A stretch of 13,965 nt of DNA from Promethearchaeota archaeon (GTDB lineage: Archaea; Asgardarchaeota; Lokiarchaeia; Sigyniarchaeales; SOKP01). Where the stretch lies: positions 1-13,965 of the forward strand of contig JAEOTS010000138.1 in assembly GCA_016839745.1 (NCBI GenBank), read 5' to 3'. Position 1 is the stretch's first letter; every line of letters starts with the position of its first letter. Made by a program: the position numbers and the translations under genes. Below the pieces are notes generated by a model that saw nothing but the letters and a program-made list of their open reading frames with translations, searched no databases and was not told the DNA's origin. This document shows, in pieces, positions 1 to 7,837 of the stretch.

Positions 1-210
1 AGCTTTAATTGTTAAGGCATCCGAAAAATATTCGTTTAATAGAACGATTTTTTCAACTATGCCAATTAAATATCCTTCAATTGATTTTGTAGACACAAAT
101 AAACCCTTTTTAACAAATATCCCATCTTTTCTCTTGTTTATTACAAATGGATATTTCATAACATCAGGTAATTGAAGAAAATTAAAAACAATACCAAGCT
201 TTAAAGACAT
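1..210 (-). CDS. Partial (5' end) CDS, possibly the N-terminal HAS-barrel of a HerA/DUF87-family ATPase
   Basis: ATG at 210-208 opens 70 stop-free codons running off the window edge: MSLKLGIVFNFLQLPDVMKYPFVINKRKDGIFVKKGLFVSTKSIEGYLIGIVEKIVLLNEYFSDALTIKA. The 'LGIV...VKKGLFV...GYLIGIVEKI...NEYF' pattern resembles HAS-barrel beta strands. The ATPase domain is not visible, so the product call is tentative. Confidence 0.55.
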   Translation of the reverse strand, partial: MSLKLGIVFNFLQLPDVMKYPFVINKRKDGIFVKKGLFVSTKSIEGYLIGIVEKIVLLNEYFSDALTIKA

Positions 211-231
211 TGATTTAGGTAAGAATAAAAG

Positions 232-239
232 TTAATAAA
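232..239 (-). promoter_or_regulatory. Candidate archaeal TATA box for the partial CDS at 1-210
   Basis: TTTATTAA on the minus strand, 22-29 nt upstream of the ATG, a spacing typical of leaderless archaeal transcripts. The AT-rich background lowers specificity. Confidence 0.35.
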
Positions 240-299
240 AAGAAGATAAGTGATAGAATTTACTGATTTTAAAAATATTAGTTTGCGTTAAAAATAAGG

Positions 300-309
300 A
301 AAAAAAAAA
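300..309 (-). terminator. Poly-U archaeal terminator
   Basis: Run of 10 T on the minus strand just after the stop of the 317-910 gene. Confidence 0.5.
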
Positions 310-316
310 TTAAATT

Positions 317-910
317 CTATTTCTCTAATTTTCCCATAACTCTTAGTATTACATAATATCCATTTTTCCAGAAGTAAATCATAAATAATGTAACAGCTAA
401 AACTGCAAATAACGAGGCTCCTGCGAATAAAATCCAATTTCCAGCTGAAAAAGAATCTAAAAATGCAGAAAAAGGGGTACTAGTAGAACCAGGCAAAAGA
501 TCTTGAATTATTGAGATTACCACGCCTATAATAATTGCCATTATACTTATTAAAAGACCCCCAGCAGCAATTTTAACATCAATACGATTTTTATACTTCT
601 CCTCAATTTCTCTTACATTGAAAATGAAGTGTAACACCCATTTTCTTCCTTTTTTAAATAATCCAAAGAAAAATATCAAAAGAAAAAACAGTCCTGCTAA
701 AATTCCTGCGATTATAGCAATTTGGGATCCTAAACTCAACCTTAGGAAAGTTTCTAACTTCCCAGTTGGCATGAGAAAGTCAAATATTGACCAGATACCT
801 CCCGTAATGCAAGTCAAGCAAGCAAGAACGATAAAAATGTAAAATATATTCCCTACTACTCTTTGGTTTGAAGGATAAATTTCTTCAGAACCTGAATATG
901 ATTCTTCCAT
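317..910 (-). CDS. Hypothetical integral membrane protein, about 4 TM helices, two-fold internal repeat
   Basis: Four hydrophobic segments separated by a basic cytoplasmic loop (KKGRK...EEKYKNR). ATG at 910 preferred over the GTG at 919 used by the ORF track. Confidence 0.8.
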   Translation of the reverse strand: MEESYSGSEEIYPSNQRVVGNIFYIFIVLACLTCITGGIWSIFDFLMPTGKLETFLRLSLGSQIAIIAGILAGLFFLLIFFFGLFKKGRKWVLHFIFNVREIEEKYKNRIDVKIAAGGLLISIMAIIIGVVISIIQDLLPGSTSTPFSAFLDSFSAGNWILFAGASLFAVLAVTLFMIYFWKNGYYVILRVMGKLEK

Positions 911-1014
911 TTTTTTCACTATTCTATTATATTTAAGAAATTTATAACATTCTAAATATATAAAATTGAGTATTATAGCTAAGATTTAAATAGAAACATA
1001 AAAAAATAAATATT

Positions 1015-2553
1015 TTAATCAGATCCTTTATTTTGAAGCGTTTCGATGTAACATTTATGAAAATCCTTTTCATTTAGGATTGAATATAACTCGCTCGATA
1101 ATTTATATATTTTACTATAAACTTTCTGACGATTCTCATCTGGGATCCATTTTTTATCCACTTTACATATATTTTCAGCAGCGCTAACAACATCTGAAAA
1201 CAGCCCTGCACCACTTGCAGCTAAAATTGCAGTTCCTAAAGATGTGGCTTCCTCAATCACATTTCTAACGCAAGTCATTCCTAAAACATCAGAGTAAACT
1301 TGATTCCAAAAATCTGAGCGAGATCCTCCTCCAGTAAGCTTTAATTCTTTTGGCTCCAATCCTAATTCTCTAAAAACTTCGATATTTTTTTTGACCTCAA
1401 AAGCTACTCCTTCTAATATAGAGCGGACAATATCTCTTCTTTTATGACCTAATGATAACCCATATATCAAACCTCTCGCATATGGATTCCAATGTGGTGC
1501 CCCAGCACCGACTAAATGAGGAATTGCTAATAACTTATTAGCACCAATGGGTGATTTTTCTGCTTCTTCTGTTAAAATATTATATGGATCTTGATTTTGT
1601 TCTTCAGCTATTGTGCATTCTTCTTTTCCTAACTCGTCTCTAAACCACCTTAAAAAAGCACCAGTAGTAAAAATACTCGCTTCTTGAACCCATGCGCCAG
1701 GAATTGCGTGACAACTACATAATACTCTCTTCTTTGGATCAAAATTAGGTTTTTCCAGATACGCTAACAAAAAACTTCCAGTTCCCGTGGTTAATTTTAC
1801 CTTACCTGGAGAGACAACTCCTACTCCCAACGCTGCTGATTGTTGGTCTCCCGCTCCTGAAACAACCAAAGTTTTTTTATCAAATAAAATTTCTTCGGTA
1901 CTAATTTCTCCTATCTCAATTCCGCTTTCGATCGTTTCTGGCATCTTATCCAAATCTAGTTCTAATTCCGAAGCGATGTCTTCTGAGTATTTGAAATGGT
2001 TAATATCAAATAACATTGTTCTTGAAGCGTTAGAATGATCTGTGTAAAATTTCCCCGTCAACTTATAAATTATATAATCCGAAACTAGTAGGAATTTATG
2101 CGTCTTTTGATAAATCTCCGGTTTTTCGTCTTTAAACCAAAGAATTTTGGTTGCTGAAAAATAAGGGTCTATCGTTAATCCTGTTGTCCGATAAATTTTG
2201 TCTATACCTACTTTACTCTTTATAAAATCTACTTGGTCTGTAGTGCGTCTATCTTGCCAAACTAACGCATTATAAAGTGGATTGCCTTCTATATCAACAG
2301 GCACAATAGTTTCTCGCTGATTTGTTACAGAAAGACTCACAATCTCCGATTTATCGATTCCACTCCTTTTAATAGCAACTTCAGTGGTTTCTTTAATAGA
2401 TTCCCACCATAAATTCGCATCCTGTTCCACATATGACGGTTGGGGATAAAAGCTTTCCCACTCTTGATAACCACTAGCTAAAATTGATCCTGCCAAATCA
2501 AAAATATAAGTCCTGCATCCCGTAGTTCCAAGGTCAAGTGCGGCAACATACAT
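1015..2553 (-). CDS. FGGY-family carbohydrate kinase (xylulokinase/glycerol kinase-like)
   Basis: DLGTTG phosphate motif, VEQDA, TNQRET, WQDRRT, DHSNASRTMLF, GDQQSA, GTGSF, GAPHW and GGGSRS motifs. The substrate cannot be determined. Confidence 0.95.
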   Translation of the reverse strand: MYVAALDLGTTGCRTYIFDLAGSILASGYQEWESFYPQPSYVEQDANLWWESIKETTEVAIKRSGIDKSEIVSLSVTNQRETIVPVDIEGNPLYNALVWQDRRTTDQVDFIKSKVGIDKIYRTTGLTIDPYFSATKILWFKDEKPEIYQKTHKFLLVSDYIIYKLTGKFYTDHSNASRTMLFDINHFKYSEDIASELELDLDKMPETIESGIEIGEISTEEILFDKKTLVVSGAGDQQSAALGVGVVSPGKVKLTTGTGSFLLAYLEKPNFDPKKRVLCSCHAIPGAWVQEASIFTTGAFLRWFRDELGKEECTIAEEQNQDPYNILTEEAEKSPIGANKLLAIPHLVGAGAPHWNPYARGLIYGLSLGHKRRDIVRSILEGVAFEVKKNIEVFRELGLEPKELKLTGGGSRSDFWNQVYSDVLGMTCVRNVIEEATSLGTAILAASGAGLFSDVVSAAENICKVDKKWIPDENRQKVYSKIYKLSSELYSILNEKDFHKCYIETLQNKGSD

Positions 2554-2636
2554 GATTGATAATTCTCTTATAATTTTTATTTTAAGTGATAAGTTACAGA
2601 TGGGATCATAAAATAAAAATAATTATTATACATTGT

Positions 2637-2646
2637 AAAAAAAAAA
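2637..2646 (-). terminator. Poly-U archaeal terminator
   Basis: Run of about 10 T on the minus strand directly after the stop of 2650-3327. Confidence 0.5.
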
Positions 2647-2649
2647 GTT

Positions 2650-3327
2650 TCATTTGACTCTTTTAAACCCGCACCGTTTACAAACTAGCCCAACTTCAGG
2701 AGCATAAACCTCTGTTAGTGGACCGTTACAATTTGGACATTTTACATCAAAAGTTGGAAACCATTGTCCCTTGATGTTAGGCATTTGCTTCAAAGTGTTA
2801 ATAAACTGCACTCTTTCTAAATCTTTCTCATTAATTTGAAGCATCTGTTGTTCTTCAGCAATAGATTTTCCTTTAGGTGCTAAAACCATTAAAAATTTCA
2901 TTTTTTTCGGATTGTTTAGTAGTGATAATGTTCGCAATATAGCTCCTTCTTTGTATTGTTCAAATAATTTAGCTAATTCCGGAGGTGCTAATGCTACTAA
3001 TGTTGCTTGTGAATCCTTAAATTCGCTTTTAACTTTTTGAATGAGAATTTGGAAAATTCTGCGTTCACTGTCCATTCCCCATATAAGATTCCACGGTGTT
3101 ATGTCATAATCCTCCTTATCAGGACCAACGATTCTTTTAATACTTTCAACCCAAGAATAATGCTTGAAATTATACATATTAGAGAGCAAATCATCAAAGA
3201 ATCCCGGTTCAATTACGGGAAATGTTTTAATTATATTTTTCAGTGATAACAATTTAACTTGGGTCAAAATTTTTGTGTTAAGATTGTCCCACGGCGTATA
3301 TGTGAAAACTGAAAAGAAATTGCTCAT
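2650..3327 (-). CDS. Hypothetical protein with C-terminal C4 zinc ribbon
   Basis: 225 aa with CPNC-x15-CKRCG at the C-terminus. The N-terminal ~195 aa are not recognised. Confidence 0.8.
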   Translation of the reverse strand: MSNFFSVFTYTPWDNLNTKILTQVKLLSLKNIIKTFPVIEPGFFDDLLSNMYNFKHYSWVESIKRIVGPDKEDYDITPWNLIWGMDSERRIFQILIQKVKSEFKDSQATLVALAPPELAKLFEQYKEGAILRTLSLLNNPKKMKFLMVLAPKGKSIAEEQQMLQINEKDLERVQFINTLKQMPNIKGQWFPTFDVKCPNCNGPLTEVYAPEVGLVCKRCGFKRVK

Positions 3328-3459
3328 GATCTTTTAAATCAAATATAAAATATCCTTTTAATTTTACTATTTATGATGGAATAATGGTTTAAATTATAAA
3401 AATAAGATTTAAGAAAAATTACTCTTATACTTTTATTAAATATTAAACGAGATCATTAT

Positions 3460-4611
3460 ATGAGTGGAATTTGGGATAAGAAAGCTGATGCAATAAAAAA
3501 AGGAGATAACCTTAGGGATGTTTCATTTCTTATCGATAAAACTCTGAAGGATGAAAAGGGTTTTACTCATTACATCTTTAGTAAAGCTAATTTTCATAAT
3601 CCTTGGTATGCTATACCGGAAGACGATTTCAAATTGTTTGAAACCTTTATTGAAGGGGGATCTAGAGCGTATCCATCTGATGGTAGCATACCCTGTGATG
3701 TAGTAGCGAGTGAAGCGAGAAAAGTTCTCAAGAAAATTGAACTTTGTTCGCAAGATCCTAATCACCATTATTGTGAAGATGCTCGTGAAGTATTAAAAAA
3801 CGGGAAATTTTCGTTAGTTAGAGGTACGTTAAAACTCTATTTAGGCAAATATACCACCCGGGATTGGAGAAGGAAAAGATTTACAGACGATATCGATTTT
3901 TGGATGTTTAAGACCAATTTATTGGACTCTTCTTTGAAGGAATGCAGTTTTGTAAAAGATAAAGAAACAGGAGAATGGGAAAAAACTGTAGAGTGGAATA
4001 AATTTGAAACTAAAGAAAATAGGCATGAAACTCTTTTTGCTGCGAATAACCTTAATCAATTACTCGATTTTGGAGCTGGTAGTTATCTCACTGGTTCAAG
4101 TTTAAAAGAAATTTTTGATAAAAAAATTAAAAGAGGTCACGATGTAGATTTAAGCGATATTATTAATGTAGCAATGGTGAACAATGGTGTTGATGGTATA
4201 CACAAAGATGAGTGGTTAGATGCATGGAGTTCTTTTGAACAGGCTGCTAATACGCGAAATACTAGAACCACTTCTAATTTAATAAGTATTTGCCGCTATT
4301 CCTTAGCAATTGCAGACCACCTTGAAAAAGTCGGCGAGGCTATTAGAAAATATAAAGGTCATATTTTAGATAAATCTAAATATCCAGACGAGAAAATAAA
4401 ATCCCTCTGTAGTATCTCTACTCATTGGCAAAAATTTTATAATGCTAACGGAGTAGGTGAAACAAGAAAGGTTATTCATGATTTTTACGAAGAACAAGCA
4501 GAAGAGAAACCAGTGCATGCACAAAACCTAAGAAAATTTGCAAAGAGTATACTAAAATTACTTAATTCCAAATACGAATATCTTAAGGTTACATTCGAAA
4601 TTGAGCTTTAA
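3460..4611 (+). CDS. Uncharacterised protein, putative Pol-beta-superfamily nucleotidyltransferase (AbiEii/DUF1814/DUF6036-like)
   Basis: FSLVRGT (aa117-123), RFTDDIDF (D144-x-D146) and KKIKRGHDVDLSD (aa221-233) match the hhhGGx...RxTxDhDh...KxxxxRxKDxxD motif order. The CDS itself is solid; the family call is by eye. Confidence 0.65.
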   Translation: MSGIWDKKADAIKKGDNLRDVSFLIDKTLKDEKGFTHYIFSKANFHNPWYAIPEDDFKLFETFIEGGSRAYPSDGSIPCDVVASEARKVLKKIELCSQDPNHHYCEDAREVLKNGKFSLVRGTLKLYLGKYTTRDWRRKRFTDDIDFWMFKTNLLDSSLKECSFVKDKETGEWEKTVEWNKFETKENRHETLFAANNLNQLLDFGAGSYLTGSSLKEIFDKKIKRGHDVDLSDIINVAMVNNGVDGIHKDEWLDAWSSFEQAANTRNTRTTSNLISICRYSLAIADHLEKVGEAIRKYKGHILDKSKYPDEKIKSLCSISTHWQKFYNANGVGETRKVIHDFYEEQAEEKPVHAQNLRKFAKSILKLLNSKYEYLKVTFEIEL

Positions 4612-4663
4612 TTTTCAAATTATAAAATAAAAGTTTAATAATTTGTGTTTTAATTTTTCAAAC

Positions 4664-4960
4664 ATGACTCAATTTAAGATTGTAATTAAAAAAAGTTGCT
4701 TTTTCTGTGAAATGTTATTGACTTGGCTTAAGGATAAAAATATTGATTATAAAGTTTTAGACTACCAAGATCCTAAAGATTTTGACGATCCTTTAATGAA
4801 AAATCCTACATTTAATAGCCTTTATTGTGATATGAGTGCCTGTGTTGAAAGTTTACCGCTAATAGTAAAAAACGATAAAGAGTTCTTCTACAGCGAAATT
4901 TGGGACCTAGTTAACAACACAATAGTAGAAGAAAAAGCTAAAAAGATTTTTGAAATCTAA
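4664..4960 (+). CDS. Glutaredoxin/NrdH-like thioredoxin-fold protein
   Basis: MTQFKIVIKKSCFFCEML (strand-CxxC-helix), LKDKNIDYKVLD and cis-Pro motif SLPLIV. ATG at 4664 preferred over TTG at 4643. Confidence 0.8.
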   Translation: MTQFKIVIKKSCFFCEMLLTWLKDKNIDYKVLDYQDPKDFDDPLMKNPTFNSLYCDMSACVESLPLIVKNDKEFFYSEIWDLVNNTIVEEKAKKIFEI

Positions 4961-4982
4961 TGTGATTTATTTGTTCTACTAG

Positions 4983-5006
4983 TTCGTGAAACTGAACTTT
5001 CACGAA
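4983..5006. repeat. Perfect 9-bp inverted repeat (possible bidirectional terminator hairpin or protein-binding site)
   Basis: TTCGTGAAA-CTGAAC-TTTCACGAA, between the convergent glutaredoxin and MFS genes. Confidence 0.6.
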
Positions 5007-5106
5007 ATTAAATATATCTTTCCAAAATACCTCAATATAGCTCTCGATATTACACCTCTAAATTTCAAAAATTAGTTTAAATACAATTAGATAAAAGAAT
5101 TGTTTT

Positions 5107-6378
5107 TTATTCAATTATTTTTTCTCTCAATTCTAATCCTAATTCTTCTACCAAAGTATCAGTTTTTTTAGTAAGCCGTTTTTTTGTAACTCCATTAAGG
5201 ATCCAAAAACCAAAGATTGCAATCAAGCATAAAATTCCCGCAATGTACCATACCCAATTCGGTCCAATATAAAAATAGACAAAACTAGCCCCTGAAACTC
5301 CAAATAAAGTTGGAATGGACCAATGAAAGCCGTAAACTGCCATATATCTACCTCGCTTATCTTCAGAAGCAAATCGTGCAACAGTAGCTTGCGAAACTGG
5401 TATTACAATCATTTCCCCAACTGTTAGAATAGCCATCGCGACGAAAAACAAGTACCATTCAGAGACAAAACCATACATCCCAAAACCAAACATATAAAGA
5501 AGTGTACCTAGAGCCATCATTTTCATAGGTGCATACTTTGCAGTCCTTCTTGTGATCCAGAACTGGAGTGCTACTACCATCAAAGCATTCATACTTAGTA
5601 AAGCTCCAAACCACTCTAATGGGAAATTGTAAACTTTCCATAAAAATACCGATAATGTACTGTTCATTTGCATGTAAACTAACACCGTCAAAGCAGATAC
5701 AGCGAGAAAGAGAATGAAAACATAATCTTTTACTACTTCTATGTAACCTATTAGCGTTTTCCCTATCGATTCTTCGGGTTCATCATCTTGTTTTTCCGGT
5801 TTCGTTTCAGGGATAACAATGAATACAATTAATGCAGTTATTAAACTACTGACAGCATCTGATACAAACAATATCAAATAAGAATATCTATATAGCATTC
5901 CCCCAAGAATCGGACCTCCTACTGCTGAAAGATTTACAGCTACTCTTAATAATCCAAATCCATCAGCTCGTTTATCTTCTGGAAGTAAATCTACAACCAT
6001 TGCTTGCCGTGCTGGACCTCCTAAATCACCTAAAACGCCTAAAACTGCTGCTATTATGAAAAAAAGATATAAATCATTAACTATTCCCATCAGGATACTT
6101 CCAATACCACTTGAAATTAATCCGAAAAGTAGCATCGACCGACGACCATATTTATCAGTTAATGCACCTCCTATCGTACTACCAATTATGCTTCCAAGCG
6201 CAAATATAAAAAATAAAACTCCTACCTCTACTATTGTCACATTAAAATGATCGATAAGATATACTGAAAAAAAGGGAAATAATAAGAAACCTCCTAACCT
6301 ATCAATGAAAGTGGCAAAAACCAATACTATAAATGGCTTTGGGTACTTCTTATATTTCTTTTTACCTTCTGTAAGCAT
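5107..6378 (-). CDS. MFS transporter (drug/H+ antiporter-like, MdtH/DHA1 type)
   Basis: About 12 TM helices, MFS motif A GALTDKYGRR, GPILGG, and EDKRGRYM in the C-terminal half. Confidence 0.93.
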   Translation of the reverse strand: MLTEGKKKYKKYPKPFIVLVFATFIDRLGGFLLFPFFSVYLIDHFNVTIVEVGVLFFIFALGSIIGSTIGGALTDKYGRRSMLLFGLISSGIGSILMGIVNDLYLFFIIAAVLGVLGDLGGPARQAMVVDLLPEDKRADGFGLLRVAVNLSAVGGPILGGMLYRYSYLILFVSDAVSSLITALIVFIVIPETKPEKQDDEPEESIGKTLIGYIEVVKDYVFILFLAVSALTVLVYMQMNSTLSVFLWKVYNFPLEWFGALLSMNALMVVALQFWITRRTAKYAPMKMMALGTLLYMFGFGMYGFVSEWYLFFVAMAILTVGEMIVIPVSQATVARFASEDKRGRYMAVYGFHWSIPTLFGVSGASFVYFYIGPNWVWYIAGILCLIAIFGFWILNGVTKKRLTKKTDTLVEELGLELREKIIE

Positions 6379-6548
6379 AATTGAATCGTTAAGTAATTGA
6401 ATAACATAATTTCATTTATGGATTTCTGGTCTTTAAAAACACCATATTCCCCATAAACTAATGATAAATTTAATAATTGTAAACTAATAAATTTTAGACT
6501 ATCTATTATTTTTATTGAGCATTAAAAAATATTTAGGGAGAAGTAAAA

Positions 6549-7793
6549 ATGTTTGATTATTTAATAAGTGAAGATGCCAAAAAGATAAAAGAAGAGGTAC
6601 GTGCATTCGTAAGAGACGAAGTTCCTCATTCCTTAATTAAACAAATGGATAAAGAAGAAATTAATTATCCAACCGAGTTCTTACAGAAACTCGGTAAAAA
6701 AAATCTTATAGGATTAAGGTTCCCTAAGGAATTCGGTGGTCGAGGCTTAAATTGGGAGTGTGAGGTTGTTGCTCTTGAAGAAATAGGGGTATTAGGGAGC
6801 TCTCTACCGTGTTTATATTCTCTTCCTATAATTACTGGAGAAGCCATGAATTTATTTGGTTCTGAGGACCAGAAGGTAAATTACTTGAAGCCGATGTGTG
6901 AAGGTAAAAAATATACCGCAGAAGCGTTAACAGAACCAAGAGGAGGGTCTGATTTTTTTGGCGCAACTTGCACTGCTGTTAAAGATGGCGATTATTATAT
7001 ATTAAACGGGGAGAAACGTTTTGTTGTGGGGGCTGAAGGAGCTGATTTTTTTCTAGTTTATGCTAAAACCAACCTAGATCCTAAATCTGATCCTCGATCA
7101 TCACTCAGTTTATTTATTGTAGATCGTAGTAAGGGTGTTGAGACTGAATACATATATGGACTTCTTGGAACAAGAGGAGGTGGCGCAGGAAGACTCAAAT
7201 TTGAAGACGTTCAAGTTCCTAAAGAAAATATCATTATGGGAGAAGGGAAGGGAGGATTAATTTTTTATCAAATGATGGTCCCCGAACGTCTTACAACTGC
7301 ATCGGGTTCATTAGGATCGGCCAGAACATGTCTTCATATTGCTACTAAGTATTCGACAAAAAGAAAAGCATTTGGACAGACAATTAAAAACTTTCAAGCC
7401 GTGAATTTTAAAATAGCTGATAGTATTACGCTTTTAGACGCAGCGAGATCAATCGTTTTAAATACCGCTAGAACGATTGATGCTGGAGCACCAGCCGCTT
7501 TGCAGAGAAGACTGGTATCAGAATCTAAAAAATTCTCTACTAAAGCCTGCTGGAAAATTATAAACAATGCAATGCAAGTAATGGGGGGAATTGGGTATAC
7601 TACTGTTTACCCCATCGAAAGAATACTGCGGGATTCAAGACTTGGGGAACTGTGGACTGGGACAACAGAGATAATGTCCCTCATAATACAACATGAATAT
7701 TATAAAGAAATCCTCAGCGAGAAATGGTTTGATAGAGATGTAGAAAAAGACGCTATTGCCGCTGATCATGAAGAGGAAAAATATTTTGGTTGA
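6549..7793 (+). CDS. Acyl-CoA dehydrogenase
   Basis: [40 protein letters not shown] and GTTEIM motifs. GGGAG SD-like sequence upstream. Confidence 0.95.
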   Translation: MFDYLISEDAKKIKEEVRAFVRDEVPHSLIKQMDKEEINYPTEFLQKLGKKNLIGLRFPKEFGGRGLNWECEVVALEEIGVLGSSLPCLYSLPIITGEAMNLFGSEDQKVNYLKPMCEGKKYTAEALTEPRGGSDFFGATCTAVKDGDYYILNGEKRFVVGAEGADFFLVYAKTNLDPKSDPRSSLSLFIVDRSKGVETEYIYGLLGTRGGGAGRLKFEDVQVPKENIIMGEGKGGLIFYQMMVPERLTTASGSLGSARTCLHIATKYSTKRKAFGQTIKNFQAVNFKIADSITLLDAARSIVLNTARTIDAGAPAALQRRLVSESKKFSTKACWKIINNAMQVMGGIGYTTVYPIERILRDSRLGELWTGTTEIMSLIIQHEYYKEILSEKWFDRDVEKDAIAADHEEEKYFG

Positions 7794-7820
7794 AAGCTAT
7801 ACTTGAAAATTTTCCTCAAC

Positions 7821-7828
7821 TTTTTTTT
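7821..7828 (+). terminator. Poly-U archaeal terminator
   Basis: T8 run about 28 nt after the acyl-CoA dehydrogenase stop, in a convergent intergenic gap. Confidence 0.45.
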
Positions 7829-7837
7829 AATTTACAT

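Noticed and set aside
2650-5006. NTase cassette as a mobile element or island
   Set aside because: No integrase, transposase, tRNA target, flanking direct repeats or obvious composition shift were seen.
4961-5010. Hairpin after the glutaredoxin as a SECIS element
   Set aside because: The glutaredoxin and NTase have no in-frame UGA (both end in UAA), and the stem is short and lacks a clear SECIS core.
6454-6488. Direct repeat TAAACTAAT x2 (26-bp spacing) in the MFS/ACAD divergent promoter
   Set aside because: Short and AT-rich; cannot be distinguished from chance without comparative data.
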